DNA of 64,000 bases from an uncultured bacterium. GTDB lineage: Bacteria; Bacteroidota; Rhodothermia; Rhodothermales; DASSAV01. Shown piece by piece: positions 1 through 8,115 of the stretch; the first letter of the stretch is position 1; the number at the start of each line of letters is the position of its first letter. The translations under genes and the position numbers were made by a program. The notes beneath the pieces are model-generated. The model searched no databases and was not told the origin of the DNA. It worked only from the letters and a program-made list of their open reading frames with translations. The DNA lies in the NCBI GenBank assembly GCA_966250015.1, contig CBINFS010000015.1, positions 6,608 to 70,607 on the forward strand, written 5' to 3'.

Positions 1-220
1 GCGCGTAGGTATCCCAGGCGTCGGCTCCCACGAATCCGGTTACCGTCACCGTATGCCCGAGTCCTGCCAGCACCGTTGCCACGTTTACCGCCTTTCCGCC
101 GGGGTCGTCCTGCTCCCACTCAACGCGGTTCACTTCCCCCACCGTAAACCCCGGGATCGAAATTGAACGGTCGATAGACGGATTCAGGCAAACGGTGGCA
201 ATCGAGTTTCCGATATTCAT
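1..220 (-). CDS. 1-phosphofructokinase/tagatose-6-phosphate kinase family (PfkB) sugar kinase, N-terminal part; runs off left edge; absent from ORF track
   Basis: Manual translation from ATG at 220: MNIGNSIATVCLNPSIDRSISIPGFTVGEVNRVEWEQDDPGGKAVNVATVLAGLGHTVTVTGFVG. This has the FruK/LacC N-terminal LNPSID motif and PfkB signature GGKAVNVA. Confidence 0.88.
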   Translation of the reverse strand, partial: MNIGNSIATVCLNPSIDRSISIPGFTVGEVNRVEWEQDDPGGKAVNVATVLAGLGHTVTVTGFVGADAWDTYA

Positions 221-385
221 CGCGCAAGGACATTTAGATTCGGACCATCACCCCCTACCCAAAACTGGCGCCCGCACAGGTTTATGAACAAAATAACCTC
301 TCGACCTGTCCGAACGGAATAAAACAACGTATCATTCCGGAGCCAAATAAATACCGGCCACCTTCCAACAGACCTTTTTTTCGCC

Positions 386-1552
386 ATGCGTGGAAGAACG
401 CTCCAACACGTCTTCTTCTTCATTCTTCTCTTCATCATTACGGTTGCGTTTATCTGGCTCATCCGTGCCTTCATTGAACCTATCCTCTGGGCGGCCATCC
501 TGGCGATCATCTTCCGGCCCATTCAGAAAAGATGGTTGAGGGTATTTAAAAACCGGGTCTCTACGGCTTCACTTTTTTCCCTCATCACCATCATTTTTAT
601 CGTGATCATCCCCCTTTCATTGCTTGGCGTGGCCGTTTCAAATGAGGCGATTAACCTGTACGAAGGCATAACAGAAGGCAGGATAGACGTTCAAAAGCCC
701 ATCCAGATGATGCAACAGGCGGTGCCGGTTTTAAACGAGTTTCTCGAACGATTCGGCATAGAGACAGAGCGTATCCGGGAAAACCTTTCAAATATCGCCG
801 TCACTGCCAGCCAGTACCTTGCCTCTCAGACGGTGGCGATCGGCCAGAACACCCTCCGGATCACCGCCCTGTTCTTCATCATGCTGTACCTGCTTTTCTT
901 TTTCCTGCGTGACGGCGACCGACTGATCGATTCCTTCGTGAAGGTCCTGCCGCTTGGGGACGAACGTGAACGGAGGCTCTTCAGCAAGTTCGCGGAAGTT
1001 TCGCGAGCCACCATCAAAGGAACGCTGGTAGTAGGCGTTATTCAGGGCGCATTAGGTGGGTTCATATTTTGGGTTCTCGGCATCAGCGCGCCGATCTTCT
1101 GGGCCGTGTTGATGACCGTCCTCTCCCTCCTGCCCGCCATTGGAGCTGCCATTATCTGGTTCCCAGCCGCCGTCATTCTGATCGTGACGGGCAGCTACAT
1201 CAAAGGTTTGATCCTGCTCGCCTTCGGAACCGGCGTGATCAGTCTGGTCGACAACTTCCTTCGCCCTGTGCTGGTAGGCAGGGACACACGAATGCCCGAC
1301 TACCTCGTACTACTCTCCACCCTGGGCGGACTCGCAGTATTTGGCATATCGGGCTTCGTGATCGGACCCGTAATCGCAGCCCTGACTATCTCCTTCTGGC
1401 AGATGTTCGAAGAGGAATACGCCGTCAAAGAAGACGCCTATGCCATAAGTCCGCCGGTTGAGACTCCTCCGACAGATGAAGCCGACTACCCCCTCGATTT
1501 ATCAGAGCAGGAGCAACCGGCCGGTCAAGACGGCGACTACGAAGACGCCTGA
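386..1552 (+). CDS. AI-2E family (PerM/YhhT-like) membrane transporter
   Basis: 388 aa, multiple hydrophobic helices, family-typical LSLLPAIGAAIIWFPA and DNFLRP..G..G.V.GP motifs. Confidence 0.88.
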   Translation: MRGRTLQHVFFFILLFIITVAFIWLIRAFIEPILWAAILAIIFRPIQKRWLRVFKNRVSTASLFSLITIIFIVIIPLSLLGVAVSNEAINLYEGITEGRIDVQKPIQMMQQAVPVLNEFLERFGIETERIRENLSNIAVTASQYLASQTVAIGQNTLRITALFFIMLYLLFFFLRDGDRLIDSFVKVLPLGDERERRLFSKFAEVSRATIKGTLVVGVIQGALGGFIFWVLGISAPIFWAVLMTVLSLLPAIGAAIIWFPAAVILIVTGSYIKGLILLAFGTGVISLVDNFLRPVLVGRDTRMPDYLVLLSTLGGLAVFGISGFVIGPVIAALTISFWQMFEEEYAVKEDAYAISPPVETPPTDEADYPLDLSEQEQPAGQDGDYEDA

Positions 1553-1559
1553 GTCATCG

Positions 1560-2828
1560 TCAAGGCAAGGCTACCGGGGCGTTATCGAGCAGATACTGTT
1601 CGGCCTCAACCGACCACAGGCCGTTGTGTTTTGCGACGATGGCCGCAAGATCGGCATAGAATGGATTGTCCTTACCCAATTTCTCAAGGTCGTCGATGGC
1701 AAACAGCTCCAGCTCACGTTGCGTATAGATCAGCTTCTTACCTCCCGGAATCTTGGGCAGGTTCATCGTCACGTCTATGACGGCGTTTAGCCCTCCGACG
1801 TGCGTAACGAGGGCGGCGGGATCGATCCGTCCAGCCGACATCAGTTCGATGGCCTTACGCATGTCATCCGTGTTGCCACCGCTCGTCGCGACGACGTGCG
1901 TAAAGCCATAGTGGACGTTGTAGAAATTGATCTCCGCCGAGAAGTTGGGGTCTGTCGGCCCGGCAAAGAAGTTCATACAGCCGTCGCGGCCGAGGATTGC
2001 GTCGGCCATCTCAACGACCGATCTTACTGGAGCCATCACGAAAACGTCGTCAAACCCCTCACCTCCGGTTAACGACACCAGATATTCCGTCGGATTTTCG
2101 AGCTTCCCTGTATTCACGTATTCGACTCGGATACCGTCCTTGGCTGCCTTTTCCGGCGGGAAGAGCTTTTTTGCACGGGCAAGGCGGTCGTCGTCGATGT
2201 CGGTAACGACAAACAGACCCGGACGCCGGTCTCCGTGAAGAGCATAGTCGACGGCGCCCAGCCCCATCGGACCCGCGCCGCCAAAAATCGCCATGTTTCC
2301 ACCTTCCTTGATCCCCATTTCGTGCACGTACGTGCCGTGAGGCCGGTGGTAGCTTGCGTTGAACGCACCAACGATGCACGACATCGGCTCCGCGAGCGAA
2401 GCATAAAAGAACCCTTCACCCGTATACTCGAGGAGGCAGTCCATCTCCATCACTTCATTCGGGATGATGACGTGTGTAGCATCACCTCCGATGTATTGGT
2501 AGGAATAGCCGGGCGCATCCAGGCTCCCTTTGTAGTTCAACGCGGGCTGGATGGAAAAACGGCTGCCGGGACTGAACCGGTCCTTCCACTTGGCGCCGAC
2601 TTCCAGAATCCTCCCCGAGAACTCGTGCCCGATGATGACGGGATTCTCCGCCACGTTGTCCGGTACGCGCTTGTGATCCGGACCCTGTTTCGTCGCCTTA
2701 TGGGAAGACATACAGATGCTATCGGATATGACCTCAGCCAGGATCTCATCTTCCTTGAGCGGGGGAAGCTCGAACGTTTCCAGCCTGAGGTCATTTTTGC
2801 CATAAAGGCGAACTGCTCTCGTTTTCAT
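1560..2828 (-). CDS. MDR-family zinc-binding dehydrogenase, L-sorbose-1-phosphate reductase (SorE/YggP)-like
   Basis: MKTRAVRLYGKNDLRLETFELP, SDSICMSS, IGHE, SLAEPMSCIVGA, GGAGPMGLGA and NFYNVHY closely follow the SorE/YggP pattern. Confidence 0.85.
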   Translation of the reverse strand: MKTRAVRLYGKNDLRLETFELPPLKEDEILAEVISDSICMSSHKATKQGPDHKRVPDNVAENPVIIGHEFSGRILEVGAKWKDRFSPGSRFSIQPALNYKGSLDAPGYSYQYIGGDATHVIIPNEVMEMDCLLEYTGEGFFYASLAEPMSCIVGAFNASYHRPHGTYVHEMGIKEGGNMAIFGGAGPMGLGAVDYALHGDRRPGLFVVTDIDDDRLARAKKLFPPEKAAKDGIRVEYVNTGKLENPTEYLVSLTGGEGFDDVFVMAPVRSVVEMADAILGRDGCMNFFAGPTDPNFSAEINFYNVHYGFTHVVATSGGNTDDMRKAIELMSAGRIDPAALVTHVGGLNAVIDVTMNLPKIPGGKKLIYTQRELELFAIDDLEKLGKDNPFYADLAAIVAKHNGLWSVEAEQYLLDNAPVALP

Positions 2829-4127
2829 CTACTTACTCTCCACGGATTGTCTTGTGTCTTTACCGATCTCGCTGAAAATGCGAATACGCTCCTTCAAATC
2901 GGGGTACTCGAGGATGGTGCCAGGCGAGAAGAGGCCTGAATGTAAGTCCCGCGTTGCCGCTTTTTCGTGGCCTATGAGCGCCCAGGTCGACGTTTTGAGG
3001 TGGCTGAACTCGGGCCGGAGAATGGCTTCACAGACGAAGTTTTGGCGTGGCGAGTTGATGTCCTCACCACTTATCTGGAAGAACCCGTACCGGTCGCACA
3101 TTTTCTGCACGCGTTCGAGTTGGGCCAGCGTATTACGCGAAGGCATGTACGTCACGGCGTGAAAGCCGAGTTCTTTTAAAATTTCAAAGAGTAGATCGAG
3201 GTATTCGTCTTCGAACGCCAGGCTCTTTTTGTCTCCCGTCACCGATACACCGACGTCGCCGAGGTAAGCGTAAGCGCAGATCGCACCGACCTGATTGGCC
3301 AAGGCGACAATTTCCGTCACCGGGGCGCATTCGTCGGTCGCGTCAATGTAAAACGCGGGAACCAGGTCGCTTTTGAGCACACCTAAAAGATCGTATAGGA
3401 AGTACGGGTTGTTAGGATCCGAAAGCACTCCTTCGAACCGCGCCGGCACGTCGATTTTTACACCATTCCTCAGAAACTCTAGCAGCGTCCTTCCTCTTCC
3501 AAACCGCTTTTCAAGCTTCACGGCAAGAGCAAAGAGAATGTGTCGCTCTGTGACGCTGCCCCCTTCCGGCTGCTTCGAAAGCGTGATGACGTCCCGTTCG
3601 TAGTCTAGCTCTACTCCTGTCCCGCGAAGCAGGTCGTTCAGCCGAGCCGTCATCTTTCTATTCCGCTCGCCCCTCAGCATTCGGTAGGGCTGGAGAAAAG
3701 CTTCAACTGTCTCGAACTGCGTGTGCGGGATGCCGTGGATGGCAATGTAGGCCGAAGAAAGTTGATCGGGGTGATTGATCCTCCGGCCGGCGAGCGGCGT
3801 CGCGGAAAAATCGGCTCGGACCTCTACCCCGACGGTCACGGGCAGGTCCATGATAGCGCCCGCTTCGATGAACTCGACGACGCCGCTGAGGGTGTCGTGA
3901 TCCATGATCCCCGCGGTCGATAACCCCGCCTCGCAGCTCTTCCATACGGCCATGGCCGGTGAATAGGGGGAGAAGGAATAGAACGTGTGGATGTGATTGT
4001 TGACCGCATCGGTTCTCACCGATGCGGGCATTTCCCCACGCTTTATCCGATCGGCGAGCACTCGAAGCGTTTCCAGCCGCGTAGCGCGATCGGCGTCGTT
4101 CAAACGGTTTACGTCAATATTTTCCAT
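2829..4127 (-). CDS. PHP-domain metal-dependent phosphoesterase-like protein
   Basis: NNHIHTFYS (HxH), GIMDHDT, VGVE, IAIHG and SGEDINSPRQ are PHP-fold metal ligands; abuts the downstream gene with 0 bp gap. Confidence 0.8.
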   Translation of the reverse strand: MENIDVNRLNDADRATRLETLRVLADRIKRGEMPASVRTDAVNNHIHTFYSFSPYSPAMAVWKSCEAGLSTAGIMDHDTLSGVVEFIEAGAIMDLPVTVGVEVRADFSATPLAGRRINHPDQLSSAYIAIHGIPHTQFETVEAFLQPYRMLRGERNRKMTARLNDLLRGTGVELDYERDVITLSKQPEGGSVTERHILFALAVKLEKRFGRGRTLLEFLRNGVKIDVPARFEGVLSDPNNPYFLYDLLGVLKSDLVPAFYIDATDECAPVTEIVALANQVGAICAYAYLGDVGVSVTGDKKSLAFEDEYLDLLFEILKELGFHAVTYMPSRNTLAQLERVQKMCDRYGFFQISGEDINSPRQNFVCEAILRPEFSHLKTSTWALIGHEKAATRDLHSGLFSPGTILEYPDLKERIRIFSEIGKDTRQSVESK

Positions 4128-4137
4128 GCTTATGTAC

Positions 4138-5919
4138 TTATTTGAGCATGATCTGCCCCCCGGTCACCGGGATAGCCTGACCCGTCTCGTATTTCTGTTC
4201 GATGACGTATAGTATGGCACGAACGACGTCGTCGATACGGCATCCTCTGCGCATGGGTACTTTTTCTTCGTAAAATCGTCGCACGTCCTCCACCGTCTTC
4301 GCACCGGGGACCTTCCTGGCGTCCAGGTACTGCTTGAAAAGTCCCTTCTCCGGGTCCGACCACAACGGTCCATCGAACAGATTTCCGGGACAGATGGCAT
4401 TCACCTTGATGTTGTAGGGCACCAGCTCGAGCGCAAAGCTCTGCGTCAGGCCGATGCCACCGAACTTGCCCCCTGCGTACGCAAAGTTCTTGTTGCTCCC
4501 CGCCAGCCCCGACTTTGAATTGATCTGAATGATATCGGCGAAGTACGTGTCGTCGAACTCGTGCTGTACCTTCATGGGGATCGACGCGTACTTCGTGCAA
4601 AGGAAATACGCCGTGTAGTTTACCCGCGTCACTGCCTCGAAACGGTGCAAATCCATCTCCTCCAGGCCGCCGGCGTGCAGGATGCCCGCGTTGCTGACGA
4701 ATATGTCGAGCCCGCCAAACTCGGCCACCGTCTCGACGATCAAATCCTTTACCGCCACTTCATTCGTCACGTCTACCTCAAACGTCAGGATACGGTCAGC
4801 CGATTCCTGCCCCTCGTGGCTCTCGCGCAGCTCCGCAAGCCGGCTTCCGTTCAGGTCTGCAAAGACAACGTTGGCCCCTTCGGCAAGAAGCGCTTCAGCT
4901 ATTCCCCTGCCGAAACCCTGCGCTGCACCCGTCACAACCGCAATTTTTTCAGGCAGACGTAAATAACCAGGCTCGGGCGCGGGCTCGACCTCCGTTCCAA
5001 ACTCTCCTTCTCCGGCAGCGTACGGCTGAATGCCACCAAAAGAGCTTGCGACTACTTCCGCCTCGACTACGCTCTTGAAGAGGTTGTATGCCCTGACCGC
5101 ATCTTTCCTGCCCGTTCCCCAAACGAATAAGCCAAGACCTTCCAGTCCGATCACGACCGGCAGTCTCCCGTAAGTCTCCTGATAGTTCGAGATGGCCTGC
5201 CGAATCAGCTCGTATTGCCGGCTGAGGTCCGGATCAGATCCGATGAAAAGGGTTTCGGGTCCCAAAATCCTGGCGAGCGTTGGTGTTAGCGCGAGCGGCA
5301 AGTTTGAAAAGGCTTCCCGGTCACGCAGGAGACGTGATGTCGCGACGTTATTCCTGAACAACAAAGACGATGACTTCTGGCCCTTACCAAGCAACATCCG
5401 AATTGCTGGAGCAATCAAGAGGAGTCGATCCTTGTCGAAAGGCTCAGGTGTGTAATCCGGCATTGTGGCCGAGCGGGCGTTGAGCGTTTCCAGCACGACC
5501 GAAATCCGCTCCACGAGTCCTTCCGGCGAATAGCTCGCCACGTACATCCCTCTGTTGCGCACGAACAAAAGGTCGGGATTCGCCCACTCATTCGATGGCT
5601 TTATGTCGGACTCAAACCAGAACTGCTTTTCACCGAAGAGCGCCTGCGCCGTTTTCTGCCCTTCTTTCGCGCAAACGAGTCCCAGCGCCTGGGACGGCGC
5701 CAGAAAGGCAACAAGGTTGCCGTCGATGATGTCGTGTACTACCGCCAGCTCGACCTCAGAGTGTACCGGCGCCGTCGAAACGCGAAGGTTGCCTTCGATT
5801 CCATCCGTGTGATCTACCACGAACAGATCTTCACCTGAGCGCCAGGACAACGAGGAAAGAAAAAGCTCGGTCCTTTTCCTCAATTGTCTGTACAGATCGA
5901 ACAGCGCTGACTCATCCAT
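4138..5919 (-). CDS. Fusion of a degenerate class II aldolase-like domain and an SDR (sorbitol-6-phosphate dehydrogenase SrlD-like)
   Basis: C-terminal TGAAQGFG, SNAG, QINSKSG and YAGGKFGG (YxxxK); N-terminal ~320 aa with PLALTP and PVVIGLEGLGLFVWG, reminiscent of the aldolase II fold. Confidence 0.78.
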   Translation of the reverse strand: MDESALFDLYRQLRKRTELFLSSLSWRSGEDLFVVDHTDGIEGNLRVSTAPVHSEVELAVVHDIIDGNLVAFLAPSQALGLVCAKEGQKTAQALFGEKQFWFESDIKPSNEWANPDLLFVRNRGMYVASYSPEGLVERISVVLETLNARSATMPDYTPEPFDKDRLLLIAPAIRMLLGKGQKSSSLLFRNNVATSRLLRDREAFSNLPLALTPTLARILGPETLFIGSDPDLSRQYELIRQAISNYQETYGRLPVVIGLEGLGLFVWGTGRKDAVRAYNLFKSVVEAEVVASSFGGIQPYAAGEGEFGTEVEPAPEPGYLRLPEKIAVVTGAAQGFGRGIAEALLAEGANVVFADLNGSRLAELRESHEGQESADRILTFEVDVTNEVAVKDLIVETVAEFGGLDIFVSNAGILHAGGLEEMDLHRFEAVTRVNYTAYFLCTKYASIPMKVQHEFDDTYFADIIQINSKSGLAGSNKNFAYAGGKFGGIGLTQSFALELVPYNIKVNAICPGNLFDGPLWSDPEKGLFKQYLDARKVPGAKTVEDVRRFYEEKVPMRRGCRIDDVVRAILYVIEQKYETGQAIPVTGGQIMLK

Positions 5920-5942
5920 TTTGACAGTGAGGGTTTAATCTT

Positions 5943-6033
5943 AAAACGAAACCGGAACCCGCGATAATCTATGATGTGCAAATGAGAAAAAACAACGAAA
6001 GTGTTTGGAAAGCGAAAAACAAGGAAAAAGAAA
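5943..6033. promoter_or_regulatory. Divergent promoter region with candidate DeoR-family operator repeats
   Basis: A-rich intergenic region between the SDR fusion and deoR; AAAACGAAA at 5943 and GAAA cores at 5986, 5997, 6008 and 6030 (11-bp phase), resembling AgaR/SrlR-type TTTCGTTT repeats. Confidence 0.45.
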
Positions 6034-6065
6034 GCGGATATTAAGTTGAACGATTAAATTTGACT

Positions 6066-6821
6066 ATGAATACACCGCTATCGGAGCGCGAACGCACCAT
6101 ACTCGACCTGCTGACGACCGAAATGAACCGGTCGGTGGCTGAGCTGAGCGACATCTTGCAGGTGTCCCGGGTCACCGTTCGAAACGACCTGAACAGCCTG
6201 GCAGGAAAAGGTATGATCGTTCGAACCCGCGGAGGCGCCATTCCGGCCTTCCATCCGGATGTCATCCGGCACCAGCGGACCAGGGTCGATCAGAAGACGC
6301 GGATCGGGCAGGCAGCAGCGGCACTCGTTGAGGATGGAGACACGATTATGATCGAGGCCGGCACGACGACGGCCGTCGTCGCCCAGCACTTGCTGGGGAA
6401 GCACGATCTCCAGGTCGTGACCAATTCGACGCTCGTGCTCTCCGCCCTGCGCAGTTACCCTTCGGTGAGACTGACCATCGTGGGGGGCGAGTTCAGGCCG
6501 GCCACCGAATCGCTGGTCGGGCCTCTGGCGCTCTCAGCCCTCGACAGGTTCCACGTGCGCCTTGCCTTCGTCGGTACGGATGGATTTTCCCTGCAAGGAG
6601 GGCTCACCACCAACTTCCTCGACGGAGCCGAAATCGTACGGAAAATGGCTGAACGAGCGGAGACGACCATCCTTTTAGCCGATTCATCCAAGTACGGCCG
6701 CCGCGGATTCGTCAGCGTGCTGCCGGTTGAAAGCATCCATAAGCTGATTACAGATTCCGAGCTCCCCGAAACGGCCGTTCAAGAGCTTAAGAATGCCGGA
6801 ATCGCCGTAATCACCGTTTAA
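6066..6821 (+). CDS. DeoR/GlpR family transcriptional regulator
   Basis: N-terminal HTH (VSRVTVRNDLNSLAGKG..RTRGGA) and DeoRC sensor domain (EAGTTT, VVTNS, LADSSK). Confidence 0.93.
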   Translation: MNTPLSERERTILDLLTTEMNRSVAELSDILQVSRVTVRNDLNSLAGKGMIVRTRGGAIPAFHPDVIRHQRTRVDQKTRIGQAAAALVEDGDTIMIEAGTTTAVVAQHLLGKHDLQVVTNSTLVLSALRSYPSVRLTIVGGEFRPATESLVGPLALSALDRFHVRLAFVGTDGFSLQGGLTTNFLDGAEIVRKMAERAETTILLADSSKYGRRGFVSVLPVESIHKLITDSELPETAVQELKNAGIAVITV

Positions 6822-6838
6822 GCAAAAGAGGTTTTTAC

Positions 6839-8083
6839 ATGGCAACGGACGTGATCCTACCCAAACAGGGACAATCCGTAGAATCCTGCCTTATCGTCGA
6901 GTGGAAGGTCGCAGAAGGCGAGCGTGTGGAGGAGGGGGACGTGCTCTGCGTGATCGAAACCGACAAGGCCACCTTTGACGTCGAGGCTCCGGCCAGTGGC
7001 ACGCTGCTTAAGACGCTCGTCGAGGAGGGCAGTGACGTACCGGTGCTGACCCGGATTGCCGTCATCGGTGAGCCGGGTGAAGAAGTAGCGACGGTCACAG
7101 CCGAACCCGAGCCTGCTGCGCCTGCCACCGTGGCCGTTGAGGTCGCCGGCCGGGGAAACGGAACGGGTACGAAAGACTCCAAGATGCAAAAAATCAGGAT
7201 ATCTCCTCGTGCAAGACGGCTGGCTGAAGCCCGGCAGGTCGACATCTCGGCCCTGAAGGGTACCGGCCCGGCCGGACGGATCATCGTCCGTGACGTCGAA
7301 GCCTACCTCGCCCGCCCGCGTCCGGTCGCCGAACCGGTGTTTTCACCCCCCGTCCCGGCAGTGACTGCCGGAGAGGAGTTCGAAGAGGTCCCCCTGAAGA
7401 GCGTCAGGAAGGTTATCGCAGAGCGCATGTTGCAATCCGTGCAGACCTCGGCACAGTATACGCTTCACACCACCGCCCCTGCGGGAGCCCTGCTGGCCTA
7501 CCGAAAATTGCTAAAAAACAGCCCCGAGAGCTACGGATTGCAGCAGGTCACCATTAACGACCTGGTGCATTTTGCCGTCGCTCGCCTGTTACCACGGTTC
7601 CCTGACCTCAACAGCCATTTTCTCGGCGACCGGTTCCGGCGGTATCGTGACGTCCACCTCGGCTTTGCCGTCGATACCGATCGCGGCCTGATGGTTCCGG
7701 TAATTCGAAATGCGTCGAAGCTGAGCCTGAGGCAGCTTGCGGTCGAAGCGGCTCGCCTCCGCGATCGCTGCCTCAACGGAACCGTGACCACCGACGAGCT
7801 AAATGGCGGGACCTTTACGGTGTCCAACCTCGGTAGCGCGGGCATCAGCTTCTTCACCCCGGTGCTGAACGTACCTCAGGTTGGCATTCTAGGCGTGGGA
7901 AGCATCGAGCTGTATCCGGTTGAACGAGACGGTGACGTCGTGTTCGAAAAGAAAATTGCCCTTTCGCTTACGACCAACCACCAGGTGGTAGACGGCGCTC
8001 CGGCCGCACGCTTCCTCCAGGAGCTGAGCGGCTTGCTCGAACACTTCGAGCTGATCGCTGCTGATCCGATTTTAGGTAACTGA
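6839..8083 (+). CDS. 2-oxoacid dehydrogenase E2 (dihydrolipoamide acyltransferase), single lipoyl domain
   Basis: Lipoyl motif IETDKAT, E3-binding ISPRARRLAE, catalytic NHQVVDGAPAA. Confidence 0.92.
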   Translation: MATDVILPKQGQSVESCLIVEWKVAEGERVEEGDVLCVIETDKATFDVEAPASGTLLKTLVEEGSDVPVLTRIAVIGEPGEEVATVTAEPEPAAPATVAVEVAGRGNGTGTKDSKMQKIRISPRARRLAEARQVDISALKGTGPAGRIIVRDVEAYLARPRPVAEPVFSPPVPAVTAGEEFEEVPLKSVRKVIAERMLQSVQTSAQYTLHTTAPAGALLAYRKLLKNSPESYGLQQVTINDLVHFAVARLLPRFPDLNSHFLGDRFRRYRDVHLGFAVDTDRGLMVPVIRNASKLSLRQLAVEAARLRDRCLNGTVTTDELNGGTFTVSNLGSAGISFFTPVLNVPQVGILGVGSIELYPVERDGDVVFEKKIALSLTTNHQVVDGAPAARFLQELSGLLEHFELIAADPILGN

Positions 8084-8115
8084 ATATAAATATTAGACTA
8101 TAGAGGCCAGTTGTC

